Of a stretch of 64,000 nt of DNA, positions 35,894 to 49,000 are shown one piece after another. This DNA is from Bispira polyomma (taxonomy: Eukaryota). The stretch lies in NCBI GenBank assembly GCA_965649765.1, contig OZ287749.1, positions 38,192,001 through 38,256,000 on the forward strand, read 5' to 3'. A program made the position numbers and the translations under genes. How positions within the stretch are numbered: position 1 is the stretch's first letter; each line of letters begins with the position of its first letter. Below the pieces are notes generated by a model. It was given only the letters and a program-made list of their open reading frames with translations. It ran no database searches and was not told the origin of the DNA.

Positions 35894-37114
35894 ATGGCTA
35901 CACATTGTACCCCAAAACGCCTACACACAGATATGTTATTTTCACCTGAAGGATTATTAAATGAAAATGAAAATGTCAAGGATATTTTAAGAGAAGTATT
36001 GGATGAGAAGTTAAATGAGCATATAAAACCTATTCAGAGCAATCTTGAAACCTTAAAAAAAGACTTTTGTCAGACAAAAACAAAGAACATAGAAGAAATT
36101 ACACAGTTGAAAGAGGAAAATAAGAAGCTTCACGATCAAGTTAATAAGTTAGAACTGTTTCAAAGGAAAAATAATATCAGATTTCTGGGTGTAGCTGAAG
36201 AGAGAGATGAAAATTTAGAGCAGCAAATGTTGGATATTTGCAACAAGTTTCTCAAGGGGCCTCAAAGACTGGACTGGCGATAATTTGAAAGAATTCACAG
36301 ATTAGGAGGTAGACCAGACCAGAAGAATCGGGCTGTTATAGCAAGATTAGCAAATTTTAAGGACAAACTGAGCATCCTGAGGATAAAAAGGGAGATAAGT
36401 AATCAACACGGCATAACAACTGTGGAAGATTTACCATTGGAAATTGAACAGGCAAGAAGGAAGTTGTTCCCGGTGATGGAGGCAGTAAAAGCTGGTTTTG
36501 AACAGGAAAATAAAGATACAGGGGGAATATATCTCAAAGATGACAAGTTAATTGTGAAATCGGAGGTATCTGAAGTTGGGGACTTGGAGAAACAACACTG
36601 TAAGCTGGATTTGAACAAGCTGTTCACACCAACTAGAGGAGATGTAACAGGATTTTACTCAAAGTACAGTATGCTGTTTAATCATTATCAGTGTAAATTT
36701 ACTGTGAATGGAGAATCATATAGCAGCATGGAAGAATTTCTGTTTATAAGGATAGCAGAGCTTTTTGGAGACCAACATCTAATCCACAAACTATCATCTG
36801 AGCATGATCCAGTAGTTATTAAAAAGCTTGGCAGGACTGTGAAACACTTTGGCAAGAACATTTGGAAGAGAGAAATCGAAAAAATACTGCATGATGGACT
36901 TTTTGAAAAATTCAGACAGAATTCAGAGTTAAGTGCCTTCCTGATTGCAACTGAGGACACTGTGATTGCGGAAGCCAGCAAATCAGACAAAGAGTATGGA
37001 ATAGGGCTTTCACTTGGAGATAAAAAGTTATGGGATAAAAGACAATGGAAAGGAAACAACCTGATGGGACGAGCACTGATGAAAGTAAGAACTGAACTAA
37101 AACCTTCCTTATAA
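35894..37114 (+). pseudogene. LINE ORF1p (coiled coil, RRM, CTD) fused to a C-terminal NADAR/YbiA-like domain; one premature stop
   Basis: RKNNIRFLGVAE, [TAA 36281-36283] FERIHRLG, VIARLANFKDK, EDLP.EI...RRKL. Then FYSKYSMLFNHY..KFTVNG..YSSMEEF, KKLGR.V, EKFRQN.EL..FLIAT....IAEAS..D..YGIG, WKGNNLMGRALMKVR. All in one frame. Confidence 0.88.
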
Positions 37115-37809
37115 CTGTTTATAATACAGACATATAAAATAGATTTACAAGTGAAAATGTATGGTGAGAAATAACTTACTAATATGTGTGTATACTTAAA
37201 GAATTATAATTAGTAGATTATGCATATACATGTACATAGTACATACTATATAAAGTATCATTGACAGAAATGTCCATAATTACAAAATAGTGGTGGCAGA
37301 TAACAAAGTACTAGTATATTTAAACAGTTAAAACTTCTGGCCCTTGACTTGCTTATAATATGTTACTGTTTAACTAGTACTTCTATGTTTTTTTAACTTT
37401 GTACTCATGATAAAAAGTATTTGCATGTTGAAATGTATCGTGAAAGTGCATGGTAGATTTATGGTAATGAAACTGCATGAGTTTATTCATGTAATGAAAG
37501 GTTAATTAAATATAAAATTGGAAAACTATTATATGTATTTAGCTTTCTATCTAGAATTATTTTTGTGAGAGAAAGGCCTAAACACCTGTAACTTTTATTG
37601 ATATTTGGTTGTCACATGTTCTATTACATGTATTATGTTCTTTGTATCTGTTATTTGAGGTGTGTTATGTGTATTTTGTGTGTCGTGTCCTATGTTCGTG
37701 GTATGACTCTAAATAGAGATCAATATATTGCAAAAAAATCAGTGTATCTAGCATGTTTTAAAACTCTTACTGTATCAAATGATTTTGAAAATAAAATGGA
37801 TATCCTTTA

Positions 37810-40800
37810 ATGAAGATGTATTCAGATAAAGATGAGATAGCGGTCAACTCTTTTAATTGCAGAGGGTTAAGGGATGTTAAGAAAAGAATCGCAGTTTTTA
37901 AGTGGTTACTGTCCAAAAATCGAGGCCTGATAATGTTACAGGAGATTCATTCTGTTATACTAGATGAAAAAAAGTGGCAAGACGAATGGAAAGGAGACAT
38001 ATATTTCTCACATGGTAGCAATCAAAGTAGGGGGGTAGCAATTTTAATACCAAATGATATCAAATTGACAATTTTGAATGTGCAAAAAGATGATGAAGGT
38101 AGGATAATTATTCTAGATTGTGAAATAGATGAAAACCCATTTCTACTAGTAAATTTATACGCACCTACAAAAGATAAGGTGGATTTACAGTTAGAATTTT
38201 TGGAAAGCTTTAAAAATATATTGGAACAATTTGCTGATAAGAGTGTAATTAATGGTGGAGATTTCAATACCTACCTGAATCCTAAACTTGACAAGAAGGG
38301 AGGAAGTAATGAAAGTTTGAGAAAATATGCATCAGGAATCAGTATTATGGAAGAGTATAATTTAGGTGATATATGGAGATTGAGACATCCAACAGAGTTC
38401 AAATTCACAAGAAGAGAAAACTCAAGGGCAGGTTTGATTCAAGGTTAGACTACTTCTTAATTTCAAATAATGTTGGAGCCCAGGTATCAAACTGTTCTAT
38501 TAAACCAGGGTTTAAATCAGATCATAGTGTAATTAAGTTAACGGTGCAGCTTATTAATATTCAGCGCACAGGAAGAGGTTATTGAAAATTTAATAACAAA
38601 TTACTACATGATGAAACTTATGTTGGTCTAGTAAAAGAAGAACTACACAAAATAACCCTAGATAACTACTTACAAAATAAAAATATATTATGGGATTTTG
38701 TTAAGTGCCAAATAAGAACAATAACTATAACATATTCAAAATCAAAAGCAATGAAAAAAATAGAAAAGGAAAAGTGTTTACAGCAAAAACTAGAAAATTT
38801 AGAAGGGGCAATCCTCAGGTCAAAGGTGCAATGGGTTGAAATGGGAGAAAAGAATACTGGGTATTTCCTTAACTTAGAGAAAAGAAACTATAATTCCAAA
38901 TATATCAAGAAATTAATATGTACTGACGCAGCTGAAATAACAAATCATAAAGACATTTTAGAAGAAGAAAGAAAGTACTACTATAACCTATACTCTTCTA
39001 AGGTCACTGAGGAGGATGAAAGAATTGAAGATTTCATAAAACAGCAACAACATATACCTCACTTAAATGATATTGAAAAACAAATGTGTGATAGTCCCCT
39101 AAAATTACCAGAAATTGCAGCAGCACTGAAACATTTAAAAAATGATAAAACACCAGGAAACGATGGCTTTACAACAAATTTTTATAAATTTTTTTGGCCA
39201 GATATCCAAAACTTATTGTTTGACAGTTTTAAGTACTCTTTTCAAAAAATAGATATATAGGGGAAAATATTAGATTGATAGAAGACATTATGTCATACAC
39301 AGATTTGAGAAATTTGCCTTGCTATATTGTATTATTAGATTTTGAAAAAGCTTTTGATAGTGTGGAATGGTCTTTTCTTTTTAAAACATTAAAAGCTTTC
39401 AATTTTGGACCGAATTTTCAAAAGTGGATCAAAATACTATATAGAAGTATAGCGTCTTGTGTAAGTAATAATGGATACTTTTCTGAATATTTCCAGTTGT
39501 TTAGAGGAATAAGACAAGGGTGTCCAATATCTGCCCTTTTGTTTTTACTAGTTGTAGAAATAATGGCCATTGCAATAAGAAATAATAAATTGATAAAAGG
39601 AATAAATATAGAAAAGAAGGAATATAAGATCTGTCAATTAGCAGATGATACAACTGTATTCACAAGTAATATTGACTCTGTTGTTCTTTTAATCTCGTAT
39701 CTCAAGGGATTTCACAACTGTTCAGGATTAAAAATTAACATTGAAAAAAGCAAAGTAATTCCAATTGGTACATCGAGGTTTCAAAAGGTAACATTACCTA
39801 GGTCAATACACAAAATTATGATCAATCAAGCAAACTTTAAAACTTTAGGCGTATGGTTTTCATATAACTTAAATGAATCAATTTCACTGAATTTTGAAGA
39901 TAAGCTAAAAGCAATGGGGACTACAATAAGTATGTGGAAAGGCAGGAAATTGTCTTTGAAAGGCAAGATCTTAATATTAAAATCACTAGTTCTACCTAAG
40001 ATAACCTATTTACTGTCAGTATGTTTTTGTCCAACAAACATATTGAAAAGAATAGACCGAATTTTATTTGAATTTCTTTGGGAAAATAAACCTGCAAAAA
40101 TTAAAAGGAGTACAATAACTGCCCCCTATGCCATGGGTGATCTTAAAATGCCTGATATATTTGCTATTAATATAGTATCCAAAATAAAATGGATAAAAAA
40201 CTTGCTTGTTCAAAATCATGGAAAGTGGCAACTTTTAACCTGGTATCTATTAAATATAGGAAAAAGTAAAATAAAGAAAAAATTGCCACCAACGCAGAGG
40301 TTTAAATGCCTAACACTTTTTCACAGGCAGATGTTTGAATGTTGGGAGAAATTTCATGGTGTAGCTCCAAAATCAGGCGATGAAATCATGAATGAATTTA
40401 TCTTTGATAATAAATTTATATGTTCTGGAAATAAACCTTTACAGTCACAAGATTTTAAATTACAGGAAGCCGACACCCAGGATTTAGTAATAAGTGATAT
40501 ACTATCAAGTAATGGCAGTTTTCTATCTTTTGAACAGTTTGCCACGAAGTTTAGATTAAATACAGATTTTTTAACTTACAATATCATATTTAGTTCCATA
40601 CCACAGGCTTGGAAAGATGTTTTAAAAACCATGTTAATGTCAAATACGACAAGAAGCGCAATGCCAAGAATTCTAGTAAAGGGTAAATTATCAGATTTCT
40701 CAAAATTAAATAATAAGGTATTATACTGGGTAGCCATAAATGATAAGTTACAACAGCCATCTTCTATAGAAAAATGAATTGAAGCCTATCCGTTTCTTGA

Positions 40801-41338
40801 GGTTGCTCCTTGGCAGAAAATATTTAACTTGGTCCACTTCATGGTAAAAGAACCGTACCTTCAATCCTTCCAATATAAAATTATAAACCGAGTGATCAAC
40901 TGCAATTTAAATCTGCATAAATGGAAAATTAAGACTTCACCAAAATGTAATTATTGTGACTCAATAGATACAATTGATCATCATTTTTTCTTTTGTGCTA
41001 CTAGCAGAAAATTTTGGGGGCAACTGAAATAGTGGGTAAATGTAGCTTTTAATATTAATAATACAGAATATACTATTTGTGAGATATTATTTGGCTCTGG
41101 ATCTAAGGAACAAAAGTTCACTTCATCTAATATGATTCAAAACTTGTTAATTTTGTTAGGTAAATGGTATATAAATTTTTCAAAGTCAAATGGAAAGCCC
41201 TTGATGTTTGGTGAATATTTGCATTTGATAAAGTTAAAGATTGAATTATATTTACAACTCCCCGACTACTCTGATAATTTTAAAAGAGTTAACATTGAAA
41301 TCAAAGACGGCCTGAAAACTATCCTGAGAAATGTATAG
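37810..41338 (+). pseudogene. LINE ORF2 (APE, RT, Cys/His C-terminus) with frameshifts, stops and an internal deletion near 39250
   Basis: SFNCRGL, LQEIH, NLYAP, GGDFN, RLDYFL, SDHS, KTPGNDG, DFEKAFD, RQGCPIS, LADDTT, CNYC...DTIDHHFFFC. The WRPISLL region is absent. Confidence 0.93.
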
Positions 41339-41998
41339 AATCAAAGATATGGTAGGAGTTTTTCAAAGTTTAGTAAATAATGAATTAACTGATTTGTAAA
41401 TTTTAATACTTTTGTCACTATGTATAATAATAGTAATAATACCACTGTATACGTCTCTGTGTAACTGTTCTTATTTGTATTGTCATTGTGAATTGTATTA
41501 TAATATATTAATGTAGAAATAAAAAAAAAATTAAAAACAAAAAAAAAAGATTTAACTGCAAATTTATTTGTGTTTACCCAACAGTAAATATCAGTCATGT
41601 AAATAACCATACATTTACAAACTGTTCTCCTGTGATTAAGTGATAATGCCAGATTCTCAATTATAATTTTCTGAGTTAGTATATTACATTTCTTTGTAGT
41701 GATTTGTTAAAATGTCAATTTGGTGAAATTTCTCCTGTGGTAATTCAGATTCTCAAATATGATTTTTTGTAAAGCATATCATGTTTATTTGTAGTGATTT
41801 GTTGACACTATTTAAAGATCCATTTAAAAAATTTCTGTTTCATGATATATGTGTTTGAAAGCTAATGGTAATTTTACTACTGATATATGTTTTCCAAACT
41901 TATAGTAGTGGTTTGTCTAAATGATTTCAAGTTCCACTTTTTAGGTTATAGTTATAGGTTATATATTTAAAATTTTACCCATGTTATATCTATATATA

Positions 41999-42182
41999 CA
42001 GTGAAACCTCTATTATCCAAAAAATTTCCATCCAATTATTAGATTTTATTAAGACATATTCCTCTAACAAATGTTTTTTTTTTATTTTTCTACGGTTTTG
42101 CCTAGAAATTTTGTGATGCTACCATTATCTAAACAAAATCCTGGTTACCCTGCCTGTTCAGATAACAAGAGGTTATACTACA
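41999..42182. mobile_element. Probable decayed Tc1/mariner-pogo-type MITE
   Basis: ta|cagtgaaacctctattatc ... gataacaagaggttatacta, an imperfect inverted repeat. Confidence 0.45.
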
Positions 42183-43336
42183 CATACATATAAAAACTGT
42201 AGATATATTCACAGATATGACAAGTTTATTTAGTTTATTAACATACTCAATGTGCATAGATTTTTATACAGTTCTCATATTGCCAAATAGTTTATAATAT
42301 ATTATATATCCAAGTGACATTTGCTGATTATTTTATACAGTTTGGTTAAAGTTATCAGACAGTTTATTATAGTGTTTAGATAGGTTACAGAAACAATTTT
42401 CCCATTCATTGATTAATAAACAAATATTAGAAAAACTATGACTTTTATTAAATTTTGAAAAATAAATTATAAATAAAATGTTTCAACTTACTTGGTAAAT
42501 TAAGGTACCATATGCTGGTGTGACCCCACATAATAAACAATTTTCATAATTAACAAAACAAACATAACACAGTTGATGCCTACATTGCATTTGCACATAT
42601 GATGTGTACAGCCCATTGCATCCTACACAATATATTTTCTGTAGTTATTAATATATATAAAACAGAAGAAAAAAATTACAGGTTCACTAGTGAGTAAAGT
42701 GATTTTTTTCAGTTTGTCCTTATATAGCGGACTGCTTTGCACTCAGACTTACCAAATCTGAGTTTAGACTAGTCTTTACCAAATTTAGTCTTATGTAACT
42801 GTGTCCTAAGGATTAGATTTACTTCAGAGTATATGCACCAGTTTAAGTTTATTTGATAATTGATAAAGTGTATATGCATTACAAATCATTAATTGCTGAT
42901 GTTATTTTAATTATTAAGCTTTGTAAAATAATTGAGGTACATAATATTTCCTTACAACTATTGTAAATATATATATGTAAAAATTAAAACAAAAAAAATA
43001 ATGATACATTAGGTTTTACCTATACCTATATAAATTGAGGTAATTCAGATGCTGACTCTGAGATGTTTGCTCAGCTCCCTCACTAGTCCCTAGATAAAAC
43101 ATGTCTGAGCTAATGTTAAACATTTCTATTTACAACTCCCCCCCCCCCATAAGTTATTTCTAAATTTTTACATTATATACAATTGTATACCTATAATAAT
43201 AATGACTTTAAAAATGGCTATATTTAGTGTAAACTATTCTGTTCTATTTATTTACATATATATATATATATATATATACAAATTAACACCTAGCACTGGC
43301 AAAATATAATAGAATACATTATTTAGGCAAACATAT

Positions 43337-43927
43337 TTAAATAATTGTCTGACTCAGCCTGTGTCTGAACTCCTTTGTTCTTTTTGACTTGAACTTGAAC
43401 ATCGGTGGTCTCTGACTCCTCTTTTTGACAGCAAATGTAGCACCACTTGCTGCCCTCTTAACCTCCTCTCTCTTCAACTGGAGAAGTCCTTCTGGGTGGT
43501 TTTGCTGTTTCTCAGCATCAAGTGGATGTTTCTTCTTCAGCAAGTCTCTCCAGGCAGCTACATCCTTTGTAGATATTATCCACAAAGGATCCTCTGAGGG
43601 CAGCTGGTGTAAAATACACTGCTGTTGACACTGACATGCCGCTCTCATGTAGTCGCCAATGGTTAAAACAGGGGTCTTCTCACACAAGATCATATGTTTG
43701 CTGACCAGTTCAGCATTGTAGTTATAAAAATTGTTGCACCAAATACAGCAAAACATTTCATTCTTTGCTGTGTAGCTGGCTGTGATTGGTTGCAGTCCAT
43801 AGCATTTTTCACAGTGATGTTCCGGATCAGAGATTACTCCGGCTTGACATGAGTGTGAATCTATCAGTCCACAAAATTTACAAGTTGAGCTAGGTATAAC
43901 AAATATTGGTCTAAATGCCATTTTCAA
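43337..43927 (-). CDS. Cys/His-rich hypothetical protein with basic C-terminus (putative Polinton accessory gene)
   Basis: Intact 196-aa ORF with CKFC, HHCEKC, CCIWC, HMILC and a KKRSQR..KSKR tail; GC higher than flanks. Confidence 0.5.
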   Translation of the reverse strand: MKMAFRPIFVIPSSTCKFCGLIDSHSCQAGVISDPEHHCEKCYGLQPITASYTAKNEMFCCIWCNNFYNYNAELVSKHMILCEKTPVLTIGDYMRAACQCQQQCILHQLPSEDPLWIISTKDVAAWRDLLKKKHPLDAEKQQNHPEGLLQLKREEVKRAASGATFAVKKRSQRPPMFKFKSKRTKEFRHRLSQTII

Positions 43928-45136
43928 ATAGATTTGAGCTTTACTGTTGCTGATTCTTCAATGGATTTGTGGGGATCAGTTATGAGTAGAGCTTTAAATA
44001 TGGAAGCAAGGGACACAAATGCAGAAGACTGATTGGTAGATCAAAATAAGGATTTGACGAATCCCTATTTAGTGTAATTGAGTTATATCAGGGAGGGGAT
44101 TTCCTATGGATCAGAGCTGTCATTGGGATTGGTTAAAAATGTGTCATATCTCCGTGTGTGGTAAGAGCTTTCTTTCGAAACGTTCATGCGTCGCATAATA
44201 GCATGATCAGACTGGAAAATTTACTTTTGTTTGTATTGTCATTAGGTTACCACAAATGTTCAGACTTGTATAGAGGAATAAATTCTAAATCCTATACCAT
44301 ATTCCTGCTTTTTACAGCTACTATCGCCAATATTTGTTGCATAAAAGAAACAAAATTTTCATTACATAAAGAATTAGTCAACAGTATATTTAATTGTCAG
44401 TTAAATTTGGTTATTGAGTAAATATATATGATTGAGTCACAATTAATTATATGTGTGTCTACACCTATTAGATTTACTCATACTAAGAGAAATTTTGAAA
44501 AATTTGATTTGATATTTGCTATTTCCATTATCATAACAGTGGTAAATTAACTTTTCAAATGTATGACTTTATAATTACAATTACACTGTTTCAATATAAC
44601 AGAGGTGATTGTATTGGTATTAAAGGTGTGGGTTTATAATGTGTAATACAGTAAAAGAGGCATTATGAGTTTCGTGTAGAGATTTATCCTTGGTTCTGTT
44701 TACAGTGGTGAGTGATTGTCTGGTGTAATGTTTGCCTTTGCCTAGTGTTGCATTACAAGCAATGCGTATAGATATAGGTTGAATCAGACAGACGGAGATT
44801 CTAGGCTTGTCATGCATTATAGACATTTCACATGGATTGTAAATAGACGTTCATGGATTGCATATAGACAGTACAGTCTCCGGGGTGTACTTTTTGTATT
44901 TGATAATGCTTGGTTGGGACATGTTTCTCTGACTTGGGATTTATTATGAATAAATTGGTTAAAAAATAATGTGTCCTTGTCTGTAAGCTTGCAATACAAT
45001 ATAGTATTAAAGTTGCAAAAGAATTGATAAGTTATATACTCTTTAATTCCTAGAACAATGTTGTTTTTTTTTGTTCATTACAATTATAATCGATATTAGT
45101 ACACACAATACCTGATTATGTAAGATTATGTACCTC

Positions 45137-45996
45137 TGTTACATTTATGTTACATTTTAACACTAAAATGTTGGGTCAAAGATCGTATAGTAGTTCCCAA
45201 ACCAAGTTTATTCTAAATACATGAAAACAACAACAATATACTATAACAAAAATAATATTTAAACACCCTAAATATCTGACGCCAGAACTATTAACGGTAA
45301 TAATATTCCACAAGATGTAAACAAAACAAATGGTAAGTCAATTCAAAGTTCACAGTTGAACAACAGTTAATTTGCTGTAACTCTACACCAGCAAATAAGG
45401 TACGTATCCAGCCTGTATAGCAGTATGGTAATTCTCCTTGAATGTAATGTACATATAATAGTTCACCAGCATGTAGGAAATCAGAGTAGTCAAAGGTAAC
45501 CAGTAGCGACCTCATTATACTAGGATCACATCAGTAAGACTTGGGTAGGTATAACCTCATGTAGCCCAGTTCACTACCAGCTATAGGGTGATGCTCACTA
45601 TAGTCTACAAATAAAGGACTAAACTACTGAACATTGGGCTTGGAAATAAACTAAAGTAGTTCTCAACTGAGTATACATTAAAGCATGATAATAACAACCT
45701 ACATCTATACAATAAGAAATAAACTACACATTAAACTAAAGAATCCTAATGCACAAATTATATAAAGTAATATTTACTCACATTATACACCCCAGTACAA
45801 AATAACCCAACTTGCTCCACCTTGTCCTTTTAACATGTGAGAAAGATTATACAAAGACAGAAGCCTAAATACCATAACAGGCAATATTCACATATTGAAA
45901 ATCACACACACACAATCTGTGTTCTAACCATAGTATTTTCGTATTTAATTTACACTCAAATAACCTAACCATAATATTTACACTCAATACACAACA
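45137..45996 (-). repeat. LTR 1 (terminal 3' LTR); inner boundary estimated
   Basis: Minus strand TGTT...AACA; PPT-like AGGGTGGAAG at 45999-46009. Alternative boundary 46032 (TGTAACA). Confidence 0.7.
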
Positions 45997-46089
45997 TACT
46001 TCCACCCTAAGACCATACTTGCTATTGTTACAAAAATAACCGCCAACAACCTCACCCACAAACTACTGTTCAGCAATCTTAAAAATAAA

Positions 46090-49000
46090 TTACGCTCTGC
46101 TCAGATAGTCAGCAGCAACATTTTCTGAACTCCTTATAGCTCTAATCTTGAAACTAAATGATTGTAAGAACAATGCCCAACGCATAATGCGGCTATTATC
46201 CATTTTTGACCTCTTAATGTAAATGAGGGGCTGATGATCAGTCTCAACTAAGAATTCTTTCCCATACAAATATGGAGCAAATTTCTTGATTGCCCAAACT
46301 AGTGATAAGCATTCTTTCTCTATTACAGCATAGTGCTTTTGAGTATCAGACAGCTTTTTACTAGCATATTCTACAGGAAACTTGCCATCATCACCTTCCT
46401 GCATCAATACCGCTCCTATACCATATTCAGAGGCATCACTCTGCACAATAAATGGTTTCGCAAAATCTGGTAATCTTAGAATTGGTCTCTTTGCTAGAAG
46501 TTCTTTCAAAGCCTGAAAAGCTTTATCTTGAGGTTCCTGCCACAGTACTTTGTTAGGTTGACCTTTCTTAGTGAGATCCGATAATGGTGCAGAGATAGCA
46601 CTGAAGTTGGGAATATACTTCGAGTAGTAACCAATAAAACCAAGGAAACTTCGCACCTGCTTCTTGGTCACAGGTATAGGCACTGACAAAATATTCAAAA
46701 CCTTTTCTTCGTCCGGTTTCATAGAACCATCACCAACATGATTCCCTAAAAAATTGAGGTTTTTGAAACCTATTTGACACTTTGACGGCTTTACGGTTAA
46801 GTGCGCATTTCTGAGTCGCTGGAAGAGTTTCCTCAATTCACTCAAATGCTGGTCCCACAAAGGCGTGTGACATAGAATATCATCTACAAAACTGTCACAG
46901 AAATACAGATCTTTCAATAACTTCCGCACCATCTTGTTGAAGGTTGCCGTAGCATTTACCAAGCCAAAAGGCATCTTGAGAAAGCGAAAGCTTCCCTGAG
47001 GAGTGAGAAAGCACGTCTTATCTTGACTACCTTCTTCCATTGGTATTTGCCAGTATCCCTTTGTCATGTCAAACTTACTGAAGAATACATCCCCTGACAA
47101 TTTTGAATATATGTCATTAGCCGTCATCATTGGCTCTGTTGAAAATACAGTTTGTAGGTTAAGATTCCGATAATCTGCACAGAAGCGAATTTTCCCGTCC
47201 TTTTTCTTCACCAGCACAATAGGTGATGCGTAAGGTGAGTCACAACTACCGATCACACCCAACTTCAGCATAGTCTCAACTTCTTCATCAACGACCTTCC
47301 GGAGATGATAAGGTATGGGATATGGCCTCTTCCTGACAGGCTCATCAGTATTCAACACAATTTTGTGCTCTACTAAATCCGTAGTGCCTGGCAAATCAGA
47401 AAATATATCTTGGTACTCTTTGAGTAACTGTTGGACTTCTTGCTTTTGATTTTCTGTTAGTGTAGGACTAATGGTCACATCTTTGTAAGATTCATTCTGA
47501 AGATACGGAAATAAATCAATTAAGTTTTCTTGCGTCTCTTCTTGTTCCTCCTCAATCAAAGATACAGCCACCATGTCCAATGGTGCACCACCAACAGGCA
47601 AGTCACTTCTCACATCACTTTCACGTCGTTCGAGGTAATGCTTCAACATGTTAGCGTGAATAACTTTCACCTTCCCTTTCATGCTGACAGAGTAGTCATT
47701 CACACCCTTAACATCCATGACCTCATACGGACCTTTCCAAGACATCAACAGTTTATTGGCTACAGTAGGCAGTAATACCAGAACCTTATCACCAACTTGG
47801 AATTTCCTCGGTTTGGTCTTCTTATCATACCATATCTTCGATTTTGCTTGATTCTTTCTCAACTCTTCTTGGGCCAACTTACAAGTATCTTCCAATTTAT
47901 TTCTCAAATCAATAACATACTCATAGGTTGTCTTGACTTCATCTGGGGTTCCTTCCTTTGTCCACAACTCATGAAGTATCTGCATAGGTCCACGGACAGT
48001 TCTTCCATAGAGCAACTCAAATGGTGAAAATCCTAGGCTAGCTTGAGGAGTCTCTCTATAGGCAAATAAAACTGCCGGAATGTACCGGTCCCAGTCTTTA
48101 GGTTTCTCCTGACATAACCTTCTCAGCATTGACTTCAGTACAAGGTGGAATTTCTCAACAAGCCCATTGCACATGGGGTGGTACGGTGTAGTAACCAGCC
48201 GGTTGATACTCAGCAACCGTGAGACCTCAGACATCACACTGCTCAGGAACTGAGAACCTTGGTCACTCAAAACTTCTGATGGCACACCTACTCTTGTAAA
48301 TATGTTGACCAATGCCTCGGCAACAGCTTCAGAATCTATGCGTTTCAATGGAACAACCTCTGGATACCTGGTGGCATAGTCCATCAAAGTTAACATATAA
48401 CGGTAGCCCCTATCTGAAACTGGATTAATGGGTCCAACCAAGTCAATCGCTACCCTTTTGAAGGGCGTGTCAATTATGGGCATGTTTTGCAATGGAACTT
48501 TTGGCAGTCTTCCCTTCTGTGAAGTCCTCTGGCATATGTCACACGAATTACTGAATCTGCTGACATCATTTTGAAGGCCTGGCCAGTAAAAATTCTGCAA
48601 AATCTTGTCCGTTGTCTTTCGTATGCCCAAATGTCCTCCAAGTAAAGCTTCATGCGCAAGCTTTAGTACTTTTGTTCTAAGTATCTTTGGAACCATCAAT
48701 TGCTTCACCACGGAGCTGTTGACATCAGACAAAAACCTTCGGTAAAGTAGTCGAGACTTCACTTCAAACCAGGTCACATTGTTGCCTCTAACACATGACT
48801 TCTGCCCACTCTTGGCTAACTCCCAATAACGCTCAAGGCTGCTATCAGACATCTGGGCCTCAATCAGGTAGTCAACTGTGATGCTTGCATCCAATGGGGT
48901 CATGGTATGTAATCTCTTTTTATCTGAAACTGGATTAATGGGTCCAACCAAGTCAATCGCTACCCTTTTGAAGGGCGTGTCAATTATGGGCATGTTTTGC

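Larger units (their letters stand above)
35262..41548 (+). mobile_element. Full-length L1/Tx1-clade LINE with ORF1-NADAR fusion, decayed
   Basis: 12-bp TSD GATTTAACTGCA at 35250-35261 and 41549-41560; 5' UTR with duplicated segments (~35615-35850), ORF1, ~700-bp spacer, ORF2, poly(A) at 41521-41548. Confidence 0.95.
19152..45136 (-). mobile_element. Polinton/Maverick (adintovirus-like) element 2, decayed; right boundary not seen
   Basis: Left terminus AGTAGTATATAGTG at 19152 followed by cccgctcttt repeats. Full core gene set at 21049-30133. Extent beyond ~30.2 kb is inferred from the absence of a matching TIR. Confidence 0.8.

Noticed and set aside
30134-45136. Right TIR of Polinton 2
   Set aside because: No reverse complement of AGTAGTATATAGTGTCTCTGCAG was found by eye; presumably beyond the LTR array or lost.
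45291-46059. Short ORFs after pol as a possible env or accessory gene (repeated in each unit)
   Set aside because: They lie within or across the LTR, are under 75 aa and lack env features.
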